Assembly: GCF_009834535.1 (NCBI RefSeq)
Contig: NC_045698.1
Coordinates: 13,642,001-13,706,000, forward strand
Source of the DNA: Camelus ferus
Taxonomy: Eukaryota
Direction of reading: 5' to 3'
Length of the DNA stretch: 64,000 nt
Shown: one piece after another, positions 11,473-24,119 of the stretch
Position numbering within the stretch: the first letter of the stretch is position 1
How the letters are laid out: each line of letters starts with the position of its first letter
Translations under genes and position numbers: made by a program
Notes under the pieces: generated by a model
Seen by the model: only the letters and a program-made list of their open reading frames with translations
What the model was told of the DNA's origin: nothing
Databases searched by the model: none

Positions 11473-14384
11473 TAATTTACAAATTTTCTTTATCTATCTG
11501 CCTTTGAGTTAAAATAGGAAAACTGAATACAAATGCTTATTCATTCCAAGTCCCTGATAACCAACTGAAATAATAGTAAATGAAGAGAATTATGTACTTA
11601 GAAGGACAAAAAAAAAAAAAAAAAACAAATGGAATGAGATGATGCAGTAGATGAGATTTAAATATTAATACAAATATTTATCAGAATGAAGGGTGATGGA
11701 AGAATTAATTAACAAGAAAAAGGAAGTCACAGCATAAAATATGTATAGAGAACAATTGTACTGGAAGAAAGCACAATTCGCCAGAACTCTGGAAAGGCTT
11801 GAAATTCAACAGGTAAAAGGGATGTTGAAGTTGAAGATCTGCTATGATCACTAAATATTTAAAAGAACCAACATATATTTTCACAATACTTTTGCTGATA
11901 GCATGTTCTTCTTGGCCTGGAGGCTTGTTCTGAGCCTGTCTGCCATCGGTCAGAATTGGAAATCCTCTTTGTGGTAATCTCTCTCTCTCATTCTCTCTCT
12001 CTCTCTTCTCTCTCAACTGGTGGACTGTTTAAAAAGGTTTGCTCTTTCAAAACCAAGAAGAAATGCAGAAGTCTGTATTGTTTACTTGTCGGGTTTTTTT
12101 TTTTTTTTTAAATTCTTACCACTGCCTTTCCCCACTATTCCATGTTAATGATATAATCACTCATGGCAAATTGTAGCAGTGGTAGTTTCCACTGAACAAG
12201 CTCAGCATGCCTTTTAAGTAAATTAACTCCTGGATTACTTGTTTCTGGATTGCAAGAAAGTTAATTGCTAGGAATCTTTCTATTTTAAACCCATTTTGCA
12301 AACTTTGAAAAACTCAAAAAGAATACAATTGATGGTTCTTTTAAACACCAAGGTAATTTTCCAGGAATTAAGCTTTCTTGTGCCAAAATCTTGCATACTT
12401 ATAAAAATGTAGAATATATAGCAACTTCAATAAATATAATTACATGTCATGAGGCTTAGAAACATTGAAACATATCCTTTCTTAATCTATTTTTAATGTA
12501 ATAATCTGATTTCCATAATAAGCGAAATCAATTCTGATATAAATAAATGTATCAATTTTGTTGTTGTTATTGTAGGAACTTTTCTTGGTCTATTTTTTAT
12601 TGCAGGACTTTTTGTTTTGTTATATCATCTAAAATTAAATAATTGTAATAAATATTTCATTAGGCACATCCAGTAGAAAATAATAATTTTCTTGCATTAT
12701 ATTAGTCATCCTGTAAGATTTAGATTAATTTTACCCTTATAATAAAAAATTGTAATATAAGAATGATTTTGATAATAATTGTCAAAAACACTCAATCTTT
12801 ACATGATATATGTGTATCACATACATAACTCGTATATATATGTATATGAGTTCCTTCAATTTTTTTTAAACTCAAATATTACAAAGTAAAATATGCTCTT
12901 CCACAACCATTCTATGTGTATTTAAACTTAATTTAAAGTTTTGCATACTTTTGCTGGAGAGTCACCAGTATATACTAGACAAAGGAAAATTAAGCATTTT
13001 TGTTTCCTGTGGAGTTGTCTCAAATTCTAATCACAAGGTAAATGTTTTCAGATATGTTGTGCTGTTTTTCCAATGAGCTCCCTCACTCCATGTTGTGCTA
13101 ATATGGTTACTACCATCTATTTCAAAGATATCGACTAGAAAATGATGTGTCTATGCCTATAATTTCAAGAAAATGAATGGAAGATTAATTGGAAATCATC
13201 TAATTTTTCAAATTTTTGAGAAAATCCCATTTGAAAGGTAGTCACAGGGATGCTTGAATGGACTCACAGTTCACATGTAATACAACGTCATGTTACTGAT
13301 TTTAATAAAGATTTAATCAGCTGAAGTCCCTTTTAGAGACTAAAGGTAAGATATTCCTCTAGTTCATTCTTCCTCTCTCTCTCTTCTTTCTCTCTCCTTT
13401 CCCACTTCCCTTCCCAAATCTCTCATATTTAAAAAAAAGAAAGTTTGAAAGAAAGATTAATAGGTTTATATTAATAAATGTATATTTTTACAATCTGTTA
13501 TGTCTAACCATTACCTAATATTCTTGAAAAGTATACAATTAATCAATGATAGAATTGATAAGAAAAAAAATTTGTATGGAAATTTAAAGAAAATTAGTCC
13601 AGTTCCCAACAAATGGAATATGCCAGCTTTGGTTAATAAAACAAGTTCTATGAATTTCATTTTCTCTATTTCTATTAAATTTGCAAATTTAAAAACCCAA
13701 GAGTGAATTGCAGAATAGAAATAAATCAGCAATTGTTGCAGAGAAGTTGATCCCACACCAATTAGGAGCATGAGTCTAGTTTTAAGTCACATGAATTTGA
13801 GTGAGTAACGAGGGGTAGTTACTGACTGATACATGTTTCCTTGTTAGCGTTGCAGCTGTGAAATGTGTGTGATTCTAAATCAATTCAACTGACTTTTATT
13901 TATTTTTTTTTGGTGTATGTTAATTTTTTTTCTTTTATTACCTTTATCCATTTCCATTTTTTTCCATCTTCCTTTGAAGCTTGTGAAAAATAATTCTCTT
14001 TTCCTAACTTGCTGCATCTATGTAGGCTATCTTTTTTGTAGAAAATTTCTCTAGCATAGAGCCCAACATCTACAGATTAGAGATTCTAAAAAATAACCTG
14101 ATAATCAAAATATGTAATAATACCATATGAGACCATATGTATAATGCAAATAACAAACTTGTTTCTATTAAACTGTCAAAAATGTGATATTATGTAAAAT
14201 ATAATTTACTTGATAGTAATAGGTCTTTCTTCTTACCACCAACATAATGCTGTATAAAAACATTTCCATGGAATAAATTGCTAAAATCCATGTTTCATGG
14301 GATAACATTGCTTAAATTCAAGACACCAAAGGAAAAAAATTTCAGTAAAAATCTTAATATATACATGCATACATACATAGTACA

Positions 14385-14840
14385 TAGCAGTCTGATTCCT
14401 GGCAGAAAAAAAGACAGGACACCTGATTTAAGACAGTTTTTAAAAGGACTGTTTATAGAATTATGGACCAACAAGGGTAACAAAGGTGTTACAATCCTGT
14501 GAAATCATTAGTACAACCAGGTCTGAAGGAGCAAGGGCTTCAAGAGGTTACCAAAATCTGGAAGGAACTGCAGCTCTGAAACCTCTAGCCACAGATGAAG
14601 AAACACAGTCACTTTGATACTAATGGCCTGATAGGAGGACGCATGGAAAACAGATACCCTGTTCTCTCTCTCTCTCTCTCATCTTCCAGTCTACTGCTAG
14701 TGCCTTCCATTGGTCCAATCCAACTGAAAGCTACAGACAGGTGAGACATTCTATAGAAGTCAGTCTACAGGTTACTGGGCATTGATCAGAATGAAGGGTA
14801 GAGAGAGGATCTGGAAGAGTAAATAGAGATTATTTAACAC
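14385..14840 (-). mobile_element. Solo LTR of ERVL/MaLR class
   Basis: 'ctgctagtgccttccattggtccaatccaactgaaagc' and the terminus 'ggatctggaagagtaaatagagattatttaacaca' resemble ancient class III LTRs. Confidence 0.6.
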
Positions 14841-15029
14841 AGTACTGATTTAAAAACTGGCATGGAGAAGACTGGCTTCTCTTTTAAATGACGTCAGAAA
14901 TCCTATCAATAGCAGTCGTATTACCGTAAATGGGAGACTGAAAATGAACAATTTCATAAATGCCTCTTAACAAGTCAATCAAAAAAGTAGAGTTAATTCT
15001 TATAAGATCATTTTATATCAGTGATATTT

Positions 15030-15330
15030 TGACAAAATCAAGATACCCCACGATCTCCACAGCCTTAATGAACAGGCTGAATTTGACAGGGTGAAATGTT
15101 ACAAATGTAAATTCCGTTGGCTACGTTGAAAAATCAACAAGTTCAAAGCACAGTATGGCACTTAACAGAAATAAAGGTAAGACATCCTCAGGGGGTTTTG
15201 CCTGTGGTCAGTGAGCACCTGGGGAATCAACAGAAGTCTGTGGCTGTTTGATATGGAAATCACATCCAGAGTTAGAGGCAGTGCCTCGGGACATAATGCT
15301 CCTCTTTATTTCGGATTCACAGTAATATAC
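15030..15330 (+). mobile_element. L3/CR1 LINE fragment
   Basis: 'gggtgaaatgttacaaatgtaaattcc...gaaaaatcaacaagttcaaagcacagtatgg...aagacatcctcagggggttttg...aatcaacagaagtctgtggctg' follows the order of recalled CR1/L3 ORF2 3' motifs. Confidence 0.55.
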
Positions 15331-15559
15331 AGCACATCCCCTGTCCAAGTAATTTAGTTATTAGCAGCTGTACAGGATGACTACTTCCAAATGTTAATTC
15401 TGTGAGTCTGAAAAGACATGTGAAATAAACTTTAAAATTGTAAATCACCTGATTCCACAAAGATTTATTGAACAAGTGCCATAAGTAAGTCACTGTACTA
15501 GAGAAAATGAATGTAATGGTAGATATTTATAACCAATATCTGCAGGTAAATGTGCAAAA

Positions 15560-15805
15560 TTAATGACTAACGTATGCTGAGAATCTACTGTGAATCAGAA
15601 CTCTCTTTAGCACATTGTTCATATTACATAACTGTTATAATTAGCCTAGTAAGTAGCTATTCTAACATCCCCATGTCACAGAAAAGGAGTCGGGCCCAGA
15701 GTTAAAGCACCTTGCTCAAGATCATAGATGGTACCTTACGGTAAAACCAGAACCCATGCTCTAGTTCCAGAACCCATGTTCTAACCATTATGTAATACTG
15801 TCTCC
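15560..15805 (-). mobile_element. MIR SINE
   Basis: 'catccccatgtcacagaaaaggagtcgggcccagagttaaagcaccttgctcaagatcatag...ttctaaccattatgtaatactg'. Confidence 0.75.
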
Positions 15806-15999
15806 CCATCAGAGCTATTTATATGCTAAAACGGATTCAGTTGAATCAGATTTTTGGTAAAAAAAAATGCTGTCCATGAGATTAGGATTCGAGTATGATT
15901 TTTTGAAATATGAGTTAGACACTGCTTGGTTTCATCTTGATTCTTCTATAATTCCTTCCCTTATTATGGCAGTATTCTGTAAGACTCAGTTCTCCCACT

Positions 16000-16380
16000 G
16001 CTTTTATTTGGTGAGAGGAGTTCATTCCATACTTTCCCTGGTTGCTATGATCCCAAATTAGGTCATCGACAATGAAGCAGAAATCAATATCCTCAAATCT
16101 GGGTTTTCAGCCCAGACTTAACTCCTAAGCTCCATGTTAAAAGGCTCAGGACTCCACATTTTGATATCTCAAGAGTTCTACACTTTCAACCTGTCTGGGA
16201 CTGAAATGCCAGCTACTTCTTCCAGCCTCCTCCTAATTCACAACAGCACCACAAACAACTGATCAGGATCTGTGTCTATCATGCCCATCTATGGATTTAT
16301 ACAATTCAACATAGATCTTGAAATATATTCTATATATATTAAAAGAATACTGAATTAAAAATAAAAGAATGTCTAAAAGA
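16000..16380 (+). mobile_element. LINE-2 fragment
   Basis: 'ttcagcccagacttaactcctaagctcc...actccacattttgatatctcaag' resembles sense L2. Confidence 0.5.
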
Positions 16381-16829
16381 TGAAAGAAACAGAATATATG
16401 CCAATAATATTGGTCCCTAATATGCATTTAATATACCTAATATATATTTTTACCACTCAAGTCTTGTTTGCAAACTATAGATGTCAACTATGTATTTTGG
16501 CTCACGACACCTGCATTTGATCCATGTCTGCTTACAACACCTGGAGTAGTTTGTTTTTCCTTACTGGACCCTGCCTGGTATACTGTAGACAGATCAGTAC
16601 CTCAGAAAGTGTCCAGAGAAGCCTAGATTAGACAAGGGGCATCTCTGATGCCTCTATCCCTGACACCATGGCCCCTTTGTCTGCAGTCCCCTGAGCAAGC
16701 ACTGAGATGGTTGGAGACATTGGATGACTGATAACAAAAAAGTAATGGGGTTGTGTGAGAAAAACTTTAATACACAGTTTGGTCTATTAGCTAAAACCCC
16801 GTTCTAGATGGGAAGCTAAGTTTGCATGA

Positions 16830-17700
16830 ATTTTTGTTTTCTGATGGTCAGTTCCATTTCCCTTTGAGCCCAAGAGCTAGCCAAAAGCAGTTTGTCAGAA
16901 GAACAGAATGTTGTTGTTTTCATACCAGAGAGGGTATGTATAGCTTTTCTCCAAATACGCAGGCCTGTGAGCTGTGACGACTCCATGCAGGTTTTCCCAG
17001 ACTCCGCACTTCAGATGACATAGCATTTTGCCACCTATGATTTGAGTAGAATGGGATCCCATCGGTCATAAAGGCCACTTGGTGACAAAGTTTTTTTAAT
17101 CAAACCCTGGGCCATTTAAATACATTCTTCATACTCTGGGAACCATTCAAACCCTTAAATTGGTTAGAGTTGCACGAACAAACATCACAAACATTCCCTT
17201 TAAAATCAGTGAGATCCTCAAAGAATTACTCCTCCCTCTTAGCAGTAGGAGAGTCAGAGTGCGAAGCGTAGCACCGTGCTTTTAACTTCAACTTGACAAT
17301 GCAGTCTCCGACTTGGTAGTGGGCCCATTCGTTCTGATGGGGTGTTTCTCCACTATCTGTCATGCATTTTTCCAACCAAAGCAGCTGGAGAACCTCATAT
17401 ATTTTGTCTCTCAGGTCCCATAAGCGAGATGTTATTGATTAAGTGGATCCTGTGATGTCCTGGTAGGTCAATGAATAGTTCTCCTTTACTAAGACATGGA
17501 GAGTGATATAAAATTAAGTCACAGAGCAAAGGCGTACTGTGACTTGTGTTTAATTGTTTCCAGTGTTCTCTGCTTACTGGTATACAGAAAACACATTTGC
17601 CAAATCAAGTTGCACACCCAGGGCCAGAAACTGGATTGATTTGCTTCAGTTAAGAGATAACATCCAGAAATTCTCTAAAGCAAGCTTATTGGAAGGTTTC
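16830..17700 (-). pseudogene. pol: Decayed ERVL (class III endogenous retrovirus) pol: reverse transcriptase and connection region
   Basis: Manual minus-strand translation across frameshifts gives residues resembling ERVL Pol: 'QINPVSG...DLANVF..IPVSREHWKQ...QYAF...QDITG' (cf. EQINTSPGTWYAAIDLANAFFSIPV..HQKQF..QQYTF..LPQDITLVHY). Further downstream it gives 'GLYDRWDPILL...IWRKAI...DKLLLASSWAQREME' (cf. GPYDPADPMVL..FWSKAL..EKQLLACYWALVETE). Confidence 0.75.
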
Positions 17701-19651
17701 TGATCCTGACTTCTGTTGAGAATTGAAGGACTTTAGACTGTCATCTTGTTTCTTTAGCTGTTCATTGACTGCTATCACACTTCCTTAGCTTCTTCACATC
17801 CATGTGCCATATGTTTTGTGTAGTGATAAGATCCATTGGTTCCATAAGATTTGTCTTTAATGGAAATTTATTTCAGGTGACATTGATTAAATGCTTGAAA
17901 ACTGGCTGCCAGATTTTTTACCATTCCAAATCAGCTAGATTTTCAGTAGTCTCCCCTTGGCACTAATCCCAGTTCTTTCAGAATAAATTCTAAACTGGTT
18001 GCAATTCTTGCTTCTATGTGACTATAACTTCACTTAGTTAATCATAAATGAAATTTAATGGCAGAGGATTTGATTGCCCCTAATATGGAAAAGGTTGCTG
18101 ATAATCATGCTCAATAAACATTAAATAAAAAGACAAAAACTGCTAAGATTAGCCATCTCAGAAAACTGCTGTTGTTCCTCACGACCTCTTCCACGGGGAC
18201 AACCGTGTCTGGACAGGAGCCACTCTCCTGCTGGGTTCCACTTCCCTTGGACAGTTTGTCCTAAGCGATTAGACTCTGCACTCTGTTGATTCTGCTATCA
18301 AAACTGTATAAATGTCATCATGTTTTCGATTCATTTACTCAAGACTCAAAGCCTTCCATGGTGGGAGGGAGGAGAGATGTGACCAGGGAGCTTAGATGCT
18401 ACGCTGCCGAAGTGAAAGGAAGGGATTGTCTATTATCTACCCGTCTTCAGCTTCCATGGCAGATGGCTTGGTTGGCTTCCTTCTAACTTGAGATTTCCCC
18501 CAATTCAAAAGGGCAGCCAAAGCAGGAAAAATATCCAATGAACCTGTTAAACACGAAAAATACATGAGATTTAAAAAAGGAGGTAAAACAGAAAATTAAC
18601 AATAATTCAAATCTTTCGTCAGCCAATGCCATCACTGCATAAATGTTCAGAACCATCCTTTATGACCAGATCAAAGCATAATAGATCCTCTCTAAAATGA
18701 CCTCTCTGTCTTCATTATGGGGAACGGGATATTTACTCCCACTGTAGCCTCTCTCGTTCTCCCTTCCATACCACACTCATGTGAGATAAAGCTTTTAGTT
18801 TAAGGAAATGGTGAAAGGAGAGATGTCCATTCCATCCACACATCATGCTAATGGGTGCATATGGCTTTGAATTCAGGAAATGATTCCACTCCAAAATTTC
18901 TCACCCAGTAGAAAATGTTATTTTATTAAAAATCTTCTACTTATGAATATATGCACTCTTTCTACTTTAAGTAATACTTTAGAGCAGACACATAATAGAA
19001 ATATAAAAGCTAATTATATAAAATAAAGAATTTGACCCATTATGAGGCACAGGTAATTATGAAAAGAAAAGCAAAAATTTGAAAGGTCAAGGAAACAGCC
19101 ATCTGCTTAACAATCTGACCATCTGTGAAAAATATTTCAAGGCCAGTTAAAAGCTCTGAAGGCCCTAAATTCTACCCAGAAAGATGCCTAATAAGTTAGT
19201 CTACACCTGAACTCAAGGTATAAGACATAGACAGTGTGAGCACTATGATCATTCATTTTTTTAAATCAATTTAAATTTGCCTTGTTAATTAGAAAGAGTA
19301 CCTAGTTTCTTTTAATTAAATTCTTATGAAGAGGCATTAAAGTTAGGTGAAAAAGTCATATTAATCTGCACATTCATTATGACTGAAAACAGTGCTATAC
19401 TGTCTGATATCTTTGATTAAATTGGATGTGTTCAAAAGTATGTATTTTACTTATATGTAGTACCATATTTTAATTTCATTATTAAAATATATTAAGATAT
19501 TTCAAAAAGCATTTAAAGGGAAAATTGAGTTAGTCTGCTAGTGAAATTAAAAAAAAAACCCTAAAAAAAATAAAGAATCCTCGTATTCAATCTCTCCCAG
19601 TACAATCTTCCAGACAAAGTAACTGTTAAAACTCCAAAGAAAATTTATAAA

Positions 19652-19665
19652 TGTGCATGTGTGTG

Positions 19666-19697
<32 letters not shown>
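19652..19697. repeat. (TG)n microsatellite, interrupted
   Basis: Directly visible. Confidence 0.95.
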
Positions 19698-20074
19698 GCT
19701 GGTATTGTGAATGACTGGATTTAAAATAATACATGATTCTGAGACATTTTGAAAACTTTTGAGTTTTTTAGTCAAAAATAAAGTCCATTTTTCTATTTGT
19801 ACATCTCTATTATTATATCCTTTAATTGTTTAATTAAAAAAATACATTTATGCACATTTCCTAAATTGATTCCCAGCATTTATAACTTTATCTCCTGCAA
19901 AAATCACTTTTCTTCCATTATTTAGCCCAATTATTTATGGATGTTTAATAAGAATATTTAATGTTCATTTGAGGGTAAATTAGTCTAACAAATAAGCTTC
20001 ATGAATTATTTCACAGTTGTTGCTTGTTCCTAGGTGAATCTTAGATTTTCTGACAACAAATCACTCCCTCTGAA

Positions 20075-20240
20075 GGCGTCATTCAACTTCAGCAGTTATT
20101 CATCACCACGTCCACACTGGACGCAGCCCTGGACATCAGGGATGCAGGAGTGAACTAGCGATGAGGTTCATGTTCTCAGGGAGCTGCCTACATTCTAAAG
20201 GGGAAATTCAAGAAACCAATAGATGCTTTTAAGGTTAAGT
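20075..20240 (-). mobile_element. LINE-2 3' end fragment
   Basis: 'tcattcaac...agttattcatcacc...gggatgcaggagtgaac...tgttctcagggagctgcctacattcta'. Confidence 0.55.
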
Positions 20241-20299
20241 ACAGAAAATCAACATTTTTAAAATATGAAAATTTATAATACAAGAATAAACCATAAATG

Positions 20300-21200
20300 T
20301 CCCTTTTCTGGTTTCCTCTGTTGGTTTTTCAGTTAAGTATAGGCATGTGTATCTATTGTTTCCTTATGACTGATTTTATGTCTTGTTAAAGAAATCTTTC
20401 AGGATGTCAAAGTACAAACAATTCAGTTATATTTACCAATCAGTGTCCCCAAGGTTTTGGTGTTTGTTTCTTCTTTTGTTATTGATTATAATTTTTGCCT
20501 TTAAGAATTTGCCCCATCTGAAGTCAGTCGTTGAATATACAGTACATAGTTTAATTAAGTCCATCTTTTTAATGTCATTAGTTTTCTGCTTCATTTTTCC
20601 CAACTGCCCCTTCTTTCCTCAGTGACCTAGCAAGCAACCTCTGTCATCTATCAGAGTTGCCTGTTTCTGGGATCTCTATCCTACTCCGTTGATTAATCCT
20701 GAGTTCATGCCACAATATCAACATTAACATTGTTTCATACGTCCCGGTATCATGAATGACCAGTTGTCCTCCTTGGTCCTTTTTCAGAAATGGTCTTACT
20801 ATATCAATATTTTACATATTTGAGAATTGGCTTATTAAGCTCCGTGAATTATTCTGTTGTGGAACCTACACACGGTATTGACTATATTTATATTGAGAGA
20901 AAATCCTCAGCTTCAAATTATTTATTCTTTTCACATATAACATGGTGTATGTCTCCCTTAAGTTATGTCTATTATAATTCTTTTAATAAAGTTTTATCAT
21001 TATCTGATAGAATTCTTACAATCTGCCTTACAGTTTAACAAGTAAAATGAAATAACAAGAAACATATAGCTCTGAAGCAGTGATTTTATTATATTTTATT
21101 TACATATTTGTTATACTGAATGTGTAGAAATCTTTTAATGTTTATGTGGCAGATGGGTAGTCATAATTAGGCAACTTAAATTCATATTTTACTTTCACCA
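20300..21200 (-). mobile_element. Very old LINE-1 (L1M/L1ME-like) ORF2 fragment
   Basis: Degraded antisense L1 motifs 'atgtcttgttaaagaaatcttt', 'gcaacctctgtcatctatcag', 'gtttctgggatctctatcctactcc', 'tttgagaattggcttattaagctcc'. Confidence 0.55.
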
Positions 21201-21606
21201 GTAAATTTTTAAAAAGTATTGGCATAAAGAGAATTATCAATTTTCTCTTCCACCTAGTTTTATGTACAGAAAATCCAAACATATTGATTTATTAACTTAC
21301 TGAATTGTCTTTACATTTATTTTATCATTCACTTATTAAATATTAACTTACTGAATAAGTCCTATATATTTAACATCATCATAAATATAGGTGTAATAAA
21401 TAAGAACAATAAAACCTACATACTATAATCTGGATTTTAAATTTCTTGCTCTTAAAGTATATCTTATTATAACCATCTTTTAATTCAAAAAGAAGTAACT
21501 GGGTGTAAGCCCATTTAAATGTGTAAAAGTAAAGTTTACTGGTAAAATATTTGTCATCTCTATTTCATGAAGAACATTATGTATGTGTGTATACATTTAG
21601 AGATAT

Positions 21607-21638
21607 GAATATATATATATGTGTATATATATATATAT
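21607..21638. repeat. (TA)n microsatellite, interrupted
   Basis: Directly visible. Confidence 0.9.
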
Positions 21639-22384
21639 GAAAATAATGAGGAGCAAAGTTCTTAAGGAAAATGTATTAAGAAAATGAAAGCCCATTGCCA
21701 GCTAAGGGTGGGAAAGTGAGGCGGTAGCTATTTGGGAGAACATTACTTAAAGGAAAAAAAAAGTGAAATGCATCTGATAATGCATAGGCCTGTAATTACT
21801 TATTTTTGCATTATTAAAATAGCCATGAGTTTGATGAACAAATATATAGGTGTATTGTGAATGATAATCTCAAAGTTCTTTGGAAAAGTAAGTAAGAGCT
21901 GATAAAGCATGTTTATGACCCAGAAATGACATTGCCACAGGTAATTAAGATGTGCAAGTAAGACCAGCTCGTGCCTATAATTTGAAACCTGCTTGAGCAT
22001 CAGATACCTTTTATGTGTGTACAACAGCCAGGGAAGTAATTGATTCTACTTATAGCAAAAGCAAGTCAGCATTTTGAGGTTTTTTTTTTTTTCCTTTCCC
22101 TAACTGATACACATTTTATCTCCATTCAGCTGAGACAAATGGAAAAAAGGCAGAGATTTGACTCAGCATTTGTGCTCAGATTCATTAGTGTTATGAACTG
22201 ACAAGGGGGAAGAACCAAACCTTTTTTACTCTACTCTCTGCTTAAAAATTCAAGTGACAGAAAATAGAAATATTTCGAAAGTATGTTAAAGTACATCAGA
22301 AAAAAAATTGTTTTTATTAGGCCAAATTCTTTCTGAAATTAATGCAGTGGTTTAGAACATGGTATTCTATTTCTCTTAAGATCT

Positions 22385-22531
22385 AGTAACATTTTGGGAC
22401 ATTTTGATTCACCTAGAGAGCCTTTTAGGAAATACTATTCTTAAAACATGCCCTCAGAGATTATGTTTTAATTGGTCTGTTATGGAGACTGGGGCTGTAC
22501 TTCTAAGAGCTGCCAATGATGAGAACCACTA
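22385..22531. mobile_element. hAT-Charlie (MER5-like) DNA transposon relic
   Basis: 'gattcacctagagagcctttta...ccctcagagattatgttttaattggtctg...tgagaaccact' matches the MER5-type layout and terminus. Confidence 0.6.
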
Positions 22532-23714
22532 TTTTAACATATTCCCTCACTGCTCTGACTTAATTTTGGAAGACATTAATTTTCATAGGCCACTAGGGCA
22601 TTAGACTCAGCTGTAGATTATCTAAACCCACATGCCTAATCTCTGATAATGAATAAGTAAAAGATTATTTGTCATTGGATTTAAAAGTTGAGATTCATAT
22701 TCAAACAGAGACATGCTAAGGAGCCTTTGTATAAAAGCAATTATATGATCGATCTAACTTCCAGTCCTGATTTAGCCTTACTGTCAGCAGTCTGAAACAC
22801 ATTTTGATGAGGAGAGAGAGAGAAAGCCATAGATCATCCGATATTAATGTTATCAGGGACGAGCCCCTTAGAGCGTACTTACTACCTGACGAGTCCCACT
22901 TTCCTTCTCATTCTGGGAAAAATGGAGCCTGTGGGAGGAGAATCACCATTCTGTTTATTCCCTGTGCAGAAGTGCAATTTCCCCCCTGTCTTCTCTGTAT
23001 TCTTCAGTCAAAGTCCTCTGGCTACAAAGAAAGTGTTGAAAAGAACCTCAAATTCTGGGAATCCTAGAAGAGGAAGTAGTATCTCCAGCATTTGCTGAGA
23101 AATGACCAAAAGAATACTACGAAAAAGAAGACATATCTTTCACTTTTAAAATACAAGAAAGGCTTAGAGAACAAAGATGAGATTATCTTCCTCTAAACAT
23201 GATGCAAATGATGATAAAGGAGGGCATTCCTTGACTATTTCCATTCTCATGTCACAGCGGACACGTACAGTTTGTTTTCCTGGGAACCCATCTTGAATAT
23301 ACAAATACAGTGTAGAGAACACACAAATATACATTTAAGGAGCTGTTTCTCCTGTCTCTCCAGCCACGTTGTTTCATCAGGGACTGTCAGTCATACCACT
23401 AAGGTACTCTAGCCACAGGGGAGGGTCTGGGACCCAAACCGATGTGCTTAGAAGTCTCTGTGGATTAACAGCAAACAGGCACAGGTAGGCAGCCTACTAC
23501 TTTATTCCAGGCATTGCTAATCCCAAAGGTACACGCTTGCCTATTTTGCAAGTTTCTTTATTAGATATAAAATCAAATTTACCTATTGACCAATGCCAAT
23601 TATCTATTGCCACCATTTACCTATACCAATCTGAGCTATGATTCTATTACATGCAACCCAAAGATTCCTGATCATTGTTGTACTAAAAAACGTGTGGCAC
23701 CATTTAATACTAGA

Positions 23715-23960
23715 GGGTATAACGAAAAGGATCGTGGCTTTATCATGTACCAGCTGTAAGCCTTTTAAGCAAGATTTGATTACTTCTAAGCCTGTATGAC
23801 AAGCAAGATTTAATTACTTCTAAGCCTGTATGACTTCGTGTCTGAAAAAGGGGCTATATCAGCACTTTTCCCATGGTATTATTGTGAGAGTTAGATGGAA
23901 TTCTGCACGTAATGCACAAGGACTGGCATGTTAAAAGATGTAAAAAGGTTAATAATGTTA
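23715..23960 (+). mobile_element. MIR SINE containing an internal tandem duplication
   Basis: 'taccagctgtaagccttttaagcaagatt...ttctaagcctg...tctgaaaaaggg...ggtattattgtgagagttagatg'. Confidence 0.65.
23767..23834. repeat. 34-bp tandem duplication, 2 copies, 1 mismatch
   Basis: 'aagcaagatttgattacttctaagcctgtatgac' followed by 'aagcaagatttaattacttctaagcctgtatgac'. Confidence 0.97.
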
Positions 23961-23984
23961 TTATTCACAGATCTTTTAGTTCAG

Positions 23985-24115
23985 TAATATAGTCCTGATT
24001 TCACACATGAGAAGACAAGTTCAGAGAGGTTAAAGTAACTTGTCCAATGTTATAATAATGTATAAGTGGTTAGGAATTAAAAAATTTACTTAGCTAGTAC
24101 AAGTCCAAAGTCTGT
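23985..24115 (-). mobile_element. MIR SINE fragment
   Basis: 'atttcacacatgagaagacaagttcagagaggttaaagtaacttgtccaatgt' is the antisense MIR core. Confidence 0.7.
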
Positions 24116-24119
24116 ATTT

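Noticed and set aside
12826..12853. Imperfect palindrome 'aactcgtatatatatgtatatgagtt'
   Set aside because: Largely explained by TA-dinucleotide low complexity, and too short for a miRNA or MITE.
15747..15783. Near-duplicate 'ccagaacccatg(c/t)tcta'
   Set aside because: It falls in a part of MIR that is natively self-similar, so it is not clearly a separate event.
23767..23834. 34-bp direct repeats as a CRISPR-like array
   Set aside because: Only two adjacent copies with no spacer, in mammalian DNA with no cas genes.
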